DNA from: Moraxella nasovis
GTDB lineage: Bacteria > Pseudomonadota > Gammaproteobacteria > Pseudomonadales > Moraxellaceae
Direction: 5' to 3'
Assembly (NCBI RefSeq): GCF_022701215.1
Contig: NZ_CP089976.1
Location: 600,001 to 632,000 of the forward strand
DNA length: 32,000 nt
Position numbers and translations under genes: made by a program. Position 1 is the first letter of the stretch, and each line of letters begins with the position of its first letter. This document shows, piece after piece, positions 8,868-17,305 of the stretch. Under the pieces are notes generated by a model. That model made no database searches, was not told the origin of the DNA, and saw only the letters and a list, made by a program, of their open reading frames with translations.

Positions 8868-9308
8868 ATACTAAAGGTGCAAAAGCCTTAAGCGAAAACA
8901 CAAAAGACATTATAACCCAAAGTCGCGACACTGTCATCCTTTGTAGTAAATGGCAACGCAAGTAAATATATACATGACAGCCCTGCCAAAGCCAATCAGC
9001 ACAACCACCAAAGTATCTTATTTTCAATAAAATGATAAGCTTTTGTAACAGCTAATTTGTTAAGTTATGTAACACAGTATGCCAAAAAACTGATTTGTAA
9101 GATTAGCTAAACACAGTTTAAAACACCCTTATCAAAAATGTCCAAATACAACCAAAATCCTTGACCTTAAAGGGCTTTTAATAACACGATACTAAGTTAA
9201 CTATATCAACCTAAATAAATATAAATGATAATTTAAATCATTTACTTAAAATTACCTCAAAACTACTAAAAACCTACGCAAAATAAGATGCAATATTTTA
9301 GCAATAAA

Positions 9309-10220
9309 TTAATTATCTGCCATTATGGCAGGTGCATAATCAATTGGGCAGTCATTCTTGTCACAAAATGTTACAATTTCATAGCTGGTTGGGTCACTAA
9401 GCACGGCACGAATTAGCTTATTATTTACTGCATGCCCTGATTTGTAAGCTGAAAATTGCCCAAGCAAGGCGTGTCCGATTACAAATAAATCTCCCACAGC
9501 GTCTAACATCTTATGACGAACAAACTCGTTGGGGTATCTTAACCCACCCTCATTCATTATGGTGGTATCATCTAGCACGACTGCATTATCTAAGCTACCG
9601 CCTAAAGCAAGATTTTTTTGGTGCATGTATTCTAAGTCTTTTAAAAAGCCAAAAGTTCTCGCCCGCCCCACTTCTTTGGCAAAATTTGCTGTACCAAAGT
9701 CTAACGTCGTTTTTTGGTCAGTGGCAGCAATCGCTACATGTGCAAAATCAATCTCAAAATCCATCAAAAACCCACCATCATACGGTGCAAGTTGCGCCCA
9801 TTTATCGCCCTCTTCAATACGAATTTTTTTGGTAATTTTAATGAATTTTTTGGGGGCGTTTTGTTCTACAACACCCGCCTCATCTAATAAAAACAAGAAC
9901 GGAGCTGCAGATCCGTCCATAATAGGAACTTCAGGTGCATCCACTTGGATAAGTAGATTATCGATACCGAACGCTGCTATGGCTGACATCAGATGCTCAA
10001 TCGTACCGATACGAACATCGCCCTTCGTCAGATTTGATGACATGAGCGTATCTTGTACCTGACTTGGAGATACCGCTAGACGTTCGCCAAGATCACTACG
10101 TTCAAAGACAATTCCGCTATCAATCTGAGCAGGCATAAGGGTTAAAGCAACTTTCTTACCACTATGTAGACCGATGCCAGTCGCTGTAATGGTGCGTGCA
10201 ATGGTACGCTGATAAGTCAT
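9309..10220 (-). CDS. lpxC: UDP-3-O-acyl-N-acetylglucosamine deacetylase LpxC
   Basis: 303 aa: QRTIARTITATGIGLHSGKKV.LTL.PA..DSGIVF, TIEHLMSA, GFLKDLEYM, HKMLDAVGDL are canonical LpxC motifs. Confidence 0.96.
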   Translation of the reverse strand: MTYQRTIARTITATGIGLHSGKKVALTLMPAQIDSGIVFERSDLGERLAVSPSQVQDTLMSSNLTKGDVRIGTIEHLMSAIAAFGIDNLLIQVDAPEVPIMDGSAAPFLFLLDEAGVVEQNAPKKFIKITKKIRIEEGDKWAQLAPYDGGFLMDFEIDFAHVAIAATDQKTTLDFGTANFAKEVGRARTFGFLKDLEYMHQKNLALGGSLDNAVVLDDTTIMNEGGLRYPNEFVRHKMLDAVGDLFVIGHALLGQFSAYKSGHAVNNKLIRAVLSDPTSYEIVTFCDKNDCPIDYAPAIMADN

Positions 10221-10311
10221 AATTTATCCAAATGTTACAAAATATGTTTTATAGTTTATCACCAATAACAGCTTTTGTCACCGTTTGGGAACTGGCCTTA
10301 GTAGTTATTGA

Positions 10312-10665
10312 TTACAGCGATTCGTCTTCGTTATTAAGTTTGCGTAACTGAAGCTCTATCAGCTGCTGTAATTCTTCATAAAACTGTCGCTCAGCAATAG
10401 CCATATCCCATAGTGTATCTTGGCTCATCACGCTGTATTCGCCCGATGTCTTTAGATCCACCTGCGCACCCATCTCAATCTCATCATACAGACAAGACCA
10501 TCTTGACGGCTTGTCTGTATGATCGCCAAAGTAAAACCAAGACAGCTCTTGGGTTAATTTAGCACGTTCTTTTAAAACTGCTATCAGCTTATCATCGTCG
10601 CTTTGTATATCAAGCCATCTGCGATACAAGGCTTGATATTTTTTAATTTCGTTCTGAATTTGCAT
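10312..10665 (-). CDS. Hypothetical acidic 117-aa protein (no family recognised)
   Basis: Clean ORF between trhP and lpxC on the same strand, with no competing ORF and a weak SD (GTGAG). I see no hairpin between the trhP stop and this ORF, so co-transcription is plausible. The sequence (…SWFYFGDHTDKPSRWSCLYDEIEMG…) matches nothing I know. Confidence 0.55.
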   Translation of the reverse strand: MQIQNEIKKYQALYRRWLDIQSDDDKLIAVLKERAKLTQELSWFYFGDHTDKPSRWSCLYDEIEMGAQVDLKTSGEYSVMSQDTLWDMAIAERQFYEELQQLIELQLRKLNNEDESL

Positions 10666-10785
10666 TGTTTTAGCTCACTTGTTGTCAATATCTTGTGTGT
10701 CAGATGAAGTGCCTTAATTTTATCAAGTAGCTTGCGTCTTACTCCTTGCTTGTTTTAATATTGGTTTCATTGATTGTTAATACCC

Positions 10786-12189
10786 CTAACTAAACATCGG
10801 CTCATCCACATTTTTCATCACAAGTGCAAATTGCAAGCTGTCATCAAACGCTTCAAACGGATTGTTAATTTGGCACACCCACCCAGAGCCTAACGCCCCA
10901 TCTATCGGCTCGCCTTTTTTATCCCACATGGCATCAAGCACATAGCTGACATTGCCTTTCGGGGTCATAATCTCAATGGTATCACCCACTATAAGTTTAT
11001 TTTTAATCTCAAGCGTTAAATACTGCTCGTCAAACTTGACCACTTCAGCGACAAACTGCTGATGATCAGTTTTTGATGAGCCATGTTCATAATTTTGATA
11101 ATCTGAATGCACATGACGGCGTAAAAATCCTTCGGTATAGCCACGATTTGCCAAACCGTCCAACGCTGTAATTAAGCTTGCGTCAAAAGGCTTGCCTGCC
11201 AGTGCATCGTCCATCGCACGACGATACACTTGGGCGGTGCGTGCCACATAATAATGCGATTTGGTACGCCCTTCAATCTTTAAAGAATGCACGCCCATCG
11301 CGATAAGCTCAGGCACAAGCTCCACCGCTCGCAGATCTTTTGAGTTCATGATATAAGTGCCGTGTTCATCTTCATACATCGCCATCAGCTCGCCTTTACG
11401 ACCTTGCTCTTCTAATAGTACCACTTCATCGGACGGCTTTTGTACATAGTCATCGCTCATGACCACATCGCCATTAAGATTAACATTGGTAATAGAGTTT
11501 TCGCTTTGATTAGGTACAAAAAGCTCTGGCGTAGCCGGAACAATGTCGCCTGTTTCATTTTCTACTGCCTTGTAGGTGTTATAATTCCAACGACAAGCAT
11601 TGGTGCAAGTGCCTTGATTAGCATCACGTTTGTTAATGTAGCCAGACAACAAACAGCGACCTGAATATGCCATGCAAAGTGCCCCATGTACAAACACTTC
11701 AATATCCATGTCAGGCACTTGTTTGATGATTTGTTCAATTTCCTTAAGCGATAGTTCACGACTGACAATGACACGTTTAACGCCCATTTGCCCCCAAAAC
11801 TTGACCGTTGCCCAGTTTACAGCATTAGCTTGCACTGACAGATGGATTTCCATATCAGGAAAGGCTTCACGCACCATCATAATCATGCCAGCGTCTGACA
11901 TGATGAGTGCGTCAGGCTTCATATTAATGATAGGCGTAATGTCTTCAATAAAGGTTTTAAGTTTGGCGTTGTGGGCTTGAATATTGACCACGACATAAAA
12001 CTTTTTGCCAAGCGAATGGGCGTAATCAATGCCTTTTTGTAGATTCTCTTCATCAAAATCGTTATTGCGGACACGCAAAGAATAACGGGCTTGCCCTGCA
12101 TACACAGCATCTGCCCCATAAGCAAAGGCGTATTGCATATTTTTAAAGGTACCTGCTGGGCAAAGAAGTTCTGGGGTGTAGGGTTTCAT
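10786..12189 (-). CDS. trhP: Peptidase U32-family tRNA 5-hydroxyuridine (ho5U34) synthesis protein TrhP (YegQ)
   Basis: 467 aa, collinear with E. coli YegQ as I remember it: PELLCPAGTFKNMQYAFAYGADAVYAGQARYSLRVRNN, HLSVQANAVNWATVKFW, FVHGALCMAYSGRCLLSGYINKRDANQGTCTNACRW, LKIEGRTKSHYYVARTAQVYR. Confidence 0.9.
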   Translation of the reverse strand: MKPYTPELLCPAGTFKNMQYAFAYGADAVYAGQARYSLRVRNNDFDEENLQKGIDYAHSLGKKFYVVVNIQAHNAKLKTFIEDITPIINMKPDALIMSDAGMIMMVREAFPDMEIHLSVQANAVNWATVKFWGQMGVKRVIVSRELSLKEIEQIIKQVPDMDIEVFVHGALCMAYSGRCLLSGYINKRDANQGTCTNACRWNYNTYKAVENETGDIVPATPELFVPNQSENSITNVNLNGDVVMSDDYVQKPSDEVVLLEEQGRKGELMAMYEDEHGTYIMNSKDLRAVELVPELIAMGVHSLKIEGRTKSHYYVARTAQVYRRAMDDALAGKPFDASLITALDGLANRGYTEGFLRRHVHSDYQNYEHGSSKTDHQQFVAEVVKFDEQYLTLEIKNKLIVGDTIEIMTPKGNVSYVLDAMWDKKGEPIDGALGSGWVCQINNPFEAFDDSLQFALVMKNVDEPMFS

Positions 12190-12220
12190 ATTGGTTGCTC
12201 ATGACTGATAAATGGCGTTC

Positions 12221-12238
12221 ATTATAACAAATTTACAC
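12221..12238 (-). promoter_or_regulatory. Putative trhP promoter core: GTGTAAATTTGTTATAAT (extended -10 TGTTATAAT); identical 18-mer at 18329-18346
   Basis: On the minus strand the 18-mer ends in TATAAT (12226..12221) preceded by TGT, 31 nt upstream of the trhP ATG at 12189. The exact 18/18 copy lies upstream of rpsP. Confidence 0.4.
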
Positions 12239-12326
12239 TCATTTATGGCAAAACTTAGCATAACATCTTAACCAAAATCCGATAATCTGCTATGATAGCC
12301 ATTTCTTTTATTTTTGGAAATATGCC

Positions 12327-13721
12327 ATGACTCATACCGTCTTTTTGGCGAACTTACAAGCCGCCTTGCCTTGCCTTGACATTAAAACCGATGCTGACAG
12401 CCTAGAATATTGGGGTAAAGATTGGACCAAACACTTTACCCCAAACGCCTTTGCCATTGTTTTTCCAAAAAGCACTAAAGATGTGGCAACCATCGTTAAA
12501 ATCGCCAACATTCATAAGACGCCGTTAGTGCCAAGTGGCGGACGCACAGGGCTATCGGCAGGTGCTGTCGCAAGCGGTCAAGAAGTTGTGGTAAGCTTTG
12601 ATAAGATGAATGCCATCGGTGAGTTTTATGCAGCCGATCGCATGGTTGAAGTTGAAGCAGGCGTTATCACAAAAACCTTGCAAGAGTTCGCCGAAAGTAA
12701 GGGCTTGTATTATGCGGTAGATTTTGCATCCAGTGGTTCAAGCCAAATTGGAGGCAACATCGGCACAAATGCTGGCGGTATTAAGGTTATTCGTTATGGT
12801 ATGACTCGCAACCAAATCTTAGGCCTAACTGTCGTCACAGGTAAAGGCGATATCTTAGAGCTAAACGGTGGTATGCTAAAAAATGCGACAGGTTATGACT
12901 TTCGCCATCTATTCATCGGAGCAGAAGGCACACTTGGTTTTATCACAAAAGCCCTAATCAAGCTTGAAAAACCACCAACCAACCTAACCGCTATGGTGCT
13001 TGGCGTGCCTGATTTTGGTAGTGTTATCAGCCTGCTTAATCGCTTTAATCAAGCGCTAAATCTGACCGCTTTTGAGTTTTTTGATGCAATCGCCATAGAA
13101 AAGGTGCTTGCTACAGGGCACATCAAAGAACCTTTTGAGAGTCGCACGCCATTTTATGTATTACTAGAGTTTGAAGCGGTGAGCGAATCTGTACTAGATA
13201 CAGCCATGAGCGTCTTTGAAGATTGCATGGAAAGCGGGCATATTATTGATGGCGTGATGAGCGATAATCTTGGACAGCTTGCTGAGTTATGGAAGCTTCG
13301 TGAAAGCATCTCTGAGACCATTTCGGTATTCACTCCCTATAAAAACGACGTATCAGTGCTGATTACTCATTTGGGCGACTTTATTGATGATATTGGGACG
13401 ATTGTCAAAGACAACTATCCTGACTTTGAGATCTGCTGGTTTGGGCATATCGGTGATGGTAATTTACACCTTAATATCCTAAAGCCTGATCATCTGACTA
13501 AAGACGAGTTTTTTGCCAAATGCCAAACGGTCAATACGCTTGTGTTTGATACCGTCAAAAAATACAAAGGCTCAATCAGTGCTGAGCATGGCGTCGGCAT
13601 GACCAAAAAACCATACCTAAATTACACCAGAACCGACACAGAAATTGAATATATGAAAGCACTAAAAGCCGTCTTTGATCCAAATAATATCATGAACCGT
13701 GGTAAAGTTTTTGACGCCTAA
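12327..13721 (+). CDS. FAD-binding oxidoreductase, GlcD / D-2-hydroxyacid (D-2-hydroxyglutarate-type) dehydrogenase family
   Basis: 464 aa. FAD-binding PCMH region VFPKST.DVA.IVK.A......LVPSGGRTGLSGGAV, GGNIGTNAGG, and C-terminal SAEHGVGMTKKPYL...KA.FDPNNIMNRGK, typical of FAD-linked oxidases. Substrate not determinable from sequence. Confidence 0.85.
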   Translation: MTHTVFLANLQAALPCLDIKTDADSLEYWGKDWTKHFTPNAFAIVFPKSTKDVATIVKIANIHKTPLVPSGGRTGLSAGAVASGQEVVVSFDKMNAIGEFYAADRMVEVEAGVITKTLQEFAESKGLYYAVDFASSGSSQIGGNIGTNAGGIKVIRYGMTRNQILGLTVVTGKGDILELNGGMLKNATGYDFRHLFIGAEGTLGFITKALIKLEKPPTNLTAMVLGVPDFGSVISLLNRFNQALNLTAFEFFDAIAIEKVLATGHIKEPFESRTPFYVLLEFEAVSESVLDTAMSVFEDCMESGHIIDGVMSDNLGQLAELWKLRESISETISVFTPYKNDVSVLITHLGDFIDDIGTIVKDNYPDFEICWFGHIGDGNLHLNILKPDHLTKDEFFAKCQTVNTLVFDTVKKYKGSISAEHGVGMTKKPYLNYTRTDTEIEYMKALKAVFDPNNIMNRGKVFDA

Positions 13722-13729
13722 CACGCCTT

Positions 13730-13768
13730 TAAGTCGCTTAACTGGTATGGTAGGCGACTTACTTTTTT
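13730..13768 (+). terminator. Rho-independent terminator after the FAD oxidoreductase gene
   Basis: TAAGTCGC (13730-13737) / GCGACTTA (13754-13761), an 8-bp stem with a 16-nt loop, followed by CTTTTTT. Confidence 0.55.
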
Positions 13769-13808
13769 AGTATCAACTCTCACTAACACACCTTTAATAC
13801 CTTTAATC

Positions 13809-14309
13809 ATGTCAAATATTACGAAAGCTTTATTGTCTTTACTTAAATACGCCGCCTTTTTTATCATCATCTATATTGCGGTTAATATGTGGCGTTCACC
13901 CACCCTACCTGCTGCACCGAGCCTAGCTTATATTGACACCCATGGGCAGGCTCAAGATGCCATCGCCCAAAGCCATAAAACCCCTGTCTTGGTTTACTTT
14001 TGGGGAACGTGGTGTTCGGTGTGTCGCCTAACCACGCCTAATGTCGCAAAGCTTCATGAAAATGGTATCCAAGTTGTCAGCGTCGCTGTTCAAAGTGGTG
14101 ATAATGACGAACTGTCAGCTTATCTTAACCAGCATGGCTATCACTTTTTAACCATTAATGACAGTGATGGCAGAGTATTTAATCAATGGCAAGGTCAAGT
14201 GACGCCATCTTTTGTCATTCTCAAAGATGGCAACATTGCTCAAAGTTTTACAGGAATTGCTCCTTTATGGCTACTCAAGGCAAGACTATGGTGGGCAAAC
14301 TTAAACTAA
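13809..14309 (+). CDS. Membrane-anchored thioredoxin-fold thiol:disulfide oxidoreductase (TlpA/ResA/DsbE-like)
   Basis: 166 aa with an N-terminal TM helix (AAFFIIIYIAVNMW), the CxxC active site in VLVYFWGTWCSVCR, and a downstream V.TPSFVIL motif typical of the TlpA-like family. Confidence 0.8.
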   Translation: MSNITKALLSLLKYAAFFIIIYIAVNMWRSPTLPAAPSLAYIDTHGQAQDAIAQSHKTPVLVYFWGTWCSVCRLTTPNVAKLHENGIQVVSVAVQSGDNDELSAYLNQHGYHFLTINDSDGRVFNQWQGQVTPSFVILKDGNIAQSFTGIAPLWLLKARLWWANLN

Positions 14310-14446
14310 GCTGTATACATTTATGATAAATTGTTCTAATTTACCAAAAAATTTATCATATATAAGCCAAGTAACTTGTGTCATAATTGCGTAACTTTTA
14401 TTGTTATATATTAATATCATATTAATAAATTTATGGAATATCAGCG

Positions 14447-15760
14447 ATGAGCCACACCCAACAAAATAACCCCTACAAGGTCGCCATATCATCGATGATT
14501 GGCACAGCGATTGAGTTTTACGATTATTACATCTACGCTGCTGCTGCCGTTTTAGTCTTTAGTACGCAGTTTTTTGATAAATCAGACCCAACGGTTGCCA
14601 CCCTGCTCTCACTTTCTACTTTAGCATTGGCGTTTTTTGCACGGCCACTTGGATCGCTGTTGTTTGGTTATTTTGGTGATAAAATTGGTCGCAAAAAAAC
14701 CTTAGTTGCCTCCCTACTCACCATGGGAATCTCAACCATCGCTATTGGTCTTTTGCCGACGTATGCACAGATTGGGATTTGGGCTCCGATTTTATTATGT
14801 ATATTCCGTGTTGGACAAGGCATTGGGCTTGGCGGCGAATGGGGTGGGGCTGCACTTGTTGCTGTTGAAAATGCTCCTGCTAATCGCCGTGCTTGGTTTG
14901 GTACATTTCCACAACTTGGAGCACCGATTGGCTTGTTTGTTGCCAATGCTGTTTTCTTTATTATTAGCGCGATCATTGGCCATGAAGCACTGATAGAATG
15001 GGGCTGGCGTATTCCGTTTATCGCATCATTTTTGTTAGTTGCCGTTGGCTTATGGATGCGACTTAGTCTGCATGAAAGTCACGTTTTTGAAGCAGCCAAA
15101 AAAGCTGGCAAAACCAAAGGTGACCCCATCTCTGGCGTACTAAAAAATCACTGGCAACAAATCCTACAAGGCACGCTAATGATGACGACAATGTATGTTT
15201 TATTTTATATCATGACGGCCTTCGCCCAAGTATACTCAAAATCACCCGTGGCATTCTCAGACGCTGGCCATCAGACAGGTCTTGGCATCGCAGCAAACAC
15301 CTACACGGGCTTTTTGCTGATTGGAGCGGTAATTTTTGGGATTTTTGTGAGTATTTCTGGCGTGTACAGCGATCGCATTGGGCGTCGTCGCTTGCAACTT
15401 ATCACAATGGCATTATTGGTAGTATTCGGTCTTGCCATGCCAAGCTTTTTAGTAAATGGCACACCAACATCCGTACTCGCATTTTTGGTGGTAGGTTTCA
15501 CCTTGATGGGCTTTGCTTTTGGCCCTGTAGCAGCAATTTTACCAGAAATCTTTCCAACGCAAGTTCGTTATACTGGTGCTAGCTTAACCTATAACTTAGC
15601 TGCCATCACAGGAGCATCTGTCGTTTCTATCGTCGCCATTGAGATTAACCAATTTTATGGAATGACAGGCGTGGGACTATACCTATCTGTAAATGCAATA
15701 TTAAGCTTTATCGCCTATTGGTTCGCCAAAGAAACTAAGAACGTCGATTTGACCCAGTAG
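14447..15760 (+). CDS. MFS transporter, metabolite:H+ symporter (MHS) family; substrate unknown
   Basis: 437 aa with about 12 predicted TM segments. N-terminal GTAIEFYDYYIY.AAA..VF, loop 2-3 motif GYFGDKIGRKKTL, and GLGGEWGGAALVAVENAP are typical of the ShiA/KgtP/ProP-type MHS subfamily. Confidence 0.85.
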   Translation: MSHTQQNNPYKVAISSMIGTAIEFYDYYIYAAAAVLVFSTQFFDKSDPTVATLLSLSTLALAFFARPLGSLLFGYFGDKIGRKKTLVASLLTMGISTIAIGLLPTYAQIGIWAPILLCIFRVGQGIGLGGEWGGAALVAVENAPANRRAWFGTFPQLGAPIGLFVANAVFFIISAIIGHEALIEWGWRIPFIASFLLVAVGLWMRLSLHESHVFEAAKKAGKTKGDPISGVLKNHWQQILQGTLMMTTMYVLFYIMTAFAQVYSKSPVAFSDAGHQTGLGIAANTYTGFLLIGAVIFGIFVSISGVYSDRIGRRRLQLITMALLVVFGLAMPSFLVNGTPTSVLAFLVVGFTLMGFAFGPVAAILPEIFPTQVRYTGASLTYNLAAITGASVVSIVAIEINQFYGMTGVGLYLSVNAILSFIAYWFAKETKNVDLTQ

Positions 15761-15772
15761 CTATGTCTCAAC

Positions 15773-15800
15773 AAAAGCATTCTTATAGGGGTGCTTTTTT
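15773..15800 (+). terminator. Weak terminator-like hairpin after the MFS gene
   Basis: AAAAGCA (15773-15779) / TGCTTTT (15792-15798) with a 12-nt loop and a T-run. A TATAAT at 15816-15821 follows and could serve gmk. Confidence 0.3.
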
Positions 15801-15841
15801 ATGGCTATTTTATAGTATAATGACAATTTTTAGATTGGAAA

Positions 15842-16477
15842 ATGTTTATGCATGCTGACACCGCTTTGGGCACACTTTTTATCATCACAGCCGCTTCAGG
15901 TACAGGTAAAACAAGCCTTGTCAAAGAGCTATTAGCGACAACTGATAATCTCACCGTTAGTGTCTCACACACCACACGCCAGCCTCGACCGGGTGAGATT
16001 GCAGGCACACATTACCATTTTATCAATACAGATGATTTTAAAGCATTGATTAACGAACAAGCGTTTTTAGAATATGCTGAAGTATTTGGCAATTTTTATG
16101 GCACAAGCAAGCAAGCCGTGGCAGATTTGCTATCAACTGGCGTCGATGTCATTTTAGAGATTGATTGGCAAGGGGCATTACAAGTCAAAGAAAAATTCCC
16201 AAAAGCCCAGATGATTTTCATCCTACCACCAAGTCGTGACGCCTTAGCCAGTCGCCTATCTAATCGGGGGCAAGACAGCAATGAAGTCATTCAGACACGT
16301 CTTGCAGGGGCAATCACCGAAATGCGTGAACACGATAAATTTGATTACCTAGTGATTAATGATGATTTTAATACCGCCTTACATGATTTGCAGACGATTA
16401 TTGCTGCTCATCGCTTATTAACCGATAAACAAAAGATCCGTCATCGCACACTGATTGCTAATCTCTTAAATAATTAA
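15842..16477 (+). CDS. gmk: Guanylate kinase
   Basis: [22 protein letters not shown] (P-loop), [17 protein letters not shown], and [12 protein letters not shown] are canonical Gmk. The second ATG at 15848 has better spacing to GGAAA and may be the true start. Confidence 0.93.
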   Translation: MFMHADTALGTLFIITAASGTGKTSLVKELLATTDNLTVSVSHTTRQPRPGEIAGTHYHFINTDDFKALINEQAFLEYAEVFGNFYGTSKQAVADLLSTGVDVILEIDWQGALQVKEKFPKAQMIFILPPSRDALASRLSNRGQDSNEVIQTRLAGAITEMREHDKFDYLVINDDFNTALHDLQTIIAAHRLLTDKQKIRHRTLIANLLNN

Positions 16478-16501
16478 CGAACGCAATATTTCCATAAATG
16501 G

Positions 16502-17281
16502 CTAATCTGCCGATATATCATCAGATAAGTCGGCTTGATCTAGCCATTTTTGTTGTTGCTTTGTGGGTGTAAATCGCTCCCACAGGTCAAAACGCCTGCT
16601 CTGAGTTCTTTTAACTTGTTCCAAAAACCGCCACTTAGCAATCTTTGCATGATGCCCAGACATCAGCACTTCTGGCACTTTTAGACCTTGAAAATCATAC
16701 GGCTTAGTATAATGCGGGCAATCTAACAATCCATCTACAAAGCTATCTTCTTTGGCAGATTTATCATCATTCATCACGCTTGGCAATCTGCGGATAATGC
16801 TATCCATTAGCACCATAGCAGGCAGCTCTCCGCCTGTTAATACATAGTCACCAATAGAAATCTCGGTATCAACATAACACTGAATTAAACGTTCATCCAC
16901 ACCTTCATATCGACCGCACAATAAAATCATGCCATCAAATTTGGCAAAATCAACCACTTTAGGTTCAGACAATGACTCACCCTGCGGTGACAAATAAACG
17001 ACAGGACATAGGGTATCAGATAGATTATGTGCAGTGCAATGTGCTTTAAACAATGATTTTGCATGTAAAATAGCCTTTTGTAAAGGCTCTGCCATCATGA
17101 GCATACCAGGACCACCACCAAAAGGACGCTCATCAATACGGCGATAATTATCCTTAGTAAAGTCTCTTGGGTTAATCAAGTGAAGGGTTGCTTGAGAACG
17201 CTCAAAAGCCCTTCTGGTAATACCAAAACCCTGAACCGCCTGAAACATTTCAGGCATAATACTGATTACTGCAAAAAACAT
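16502..17281 (-). CDS. trmD: tRNA (guanine37-N1)-methyltransferase TrmD
   Basis: 259 aa: [11 protein letters not shown].........[57 protein letters not shown]. Last gene of the rpsP-rimM-trmD string. Confidence 0.95.
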   Translation of the reverse strand: MFFAVISIMPEMFQAVQGFGITRRAFERSQATLHLINPRDFTKDNYRRIDERPFGGGPGMLMMAEPLQKAILHAKSLFKAHCTAHNLSDTLCPVVYLSPQGESLSEPKVVDFAKFDGMILLCGRYEGVDERLIQCYVDTEISIGDYVLTGGELPAMVLMDSIIRRLPSVMNDDKSAKEDSFVDGLLDCPHYTKPYDFQGLKVPEVLMSGHHAKIAKWRFLEQVKRTQSRRFDLWERFTPTKQQQKWLDQADLSDDISAD

Positions 17282-17305
17282 AAGTCCACTGCCAATTAAG
17301 CGATG

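Noticed and set aside
8824-9027. 67-aa minus-strand ORF in the dciA-lpxC spacer; also 8203..8400, 8269..8478 and 14301..14492
   Set aside because: No SD is present. They overlap the ends, promoters or leaders of better-supported genes, have hydrophobic or odd composition, and are just above the size cutoff.
8868-9308. Possibility that the AT-rich spacer next to the DciA-like gene is a replication origin
   Set aside because: I found no TTATCCACA-type DnaA boxes and no 13-mer-like tandem AT repeats here. The nearest near-match, TTATCCAAA at about 10224, is a single box in the lpxC upstream region. No dnaA, dnaN or gidA context is present.
9529-10062. 177-aa plus-strand ORF antisense to lpxC; likewise 1020..1424, 1647..1955, 2760..3056, 11440..11980, 14668..14993, 15301..15501, 15805..16008, 16096..16290, 19250..19474, 20490..20762, 24392..24755, 27297..27622, 27952..28158, 30369..30629, 30729..30968 and 31751..31999
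   Set aside because: These are shadow ORFs overlapping well-identified genes in another frame or on the other strand, with no independent support.
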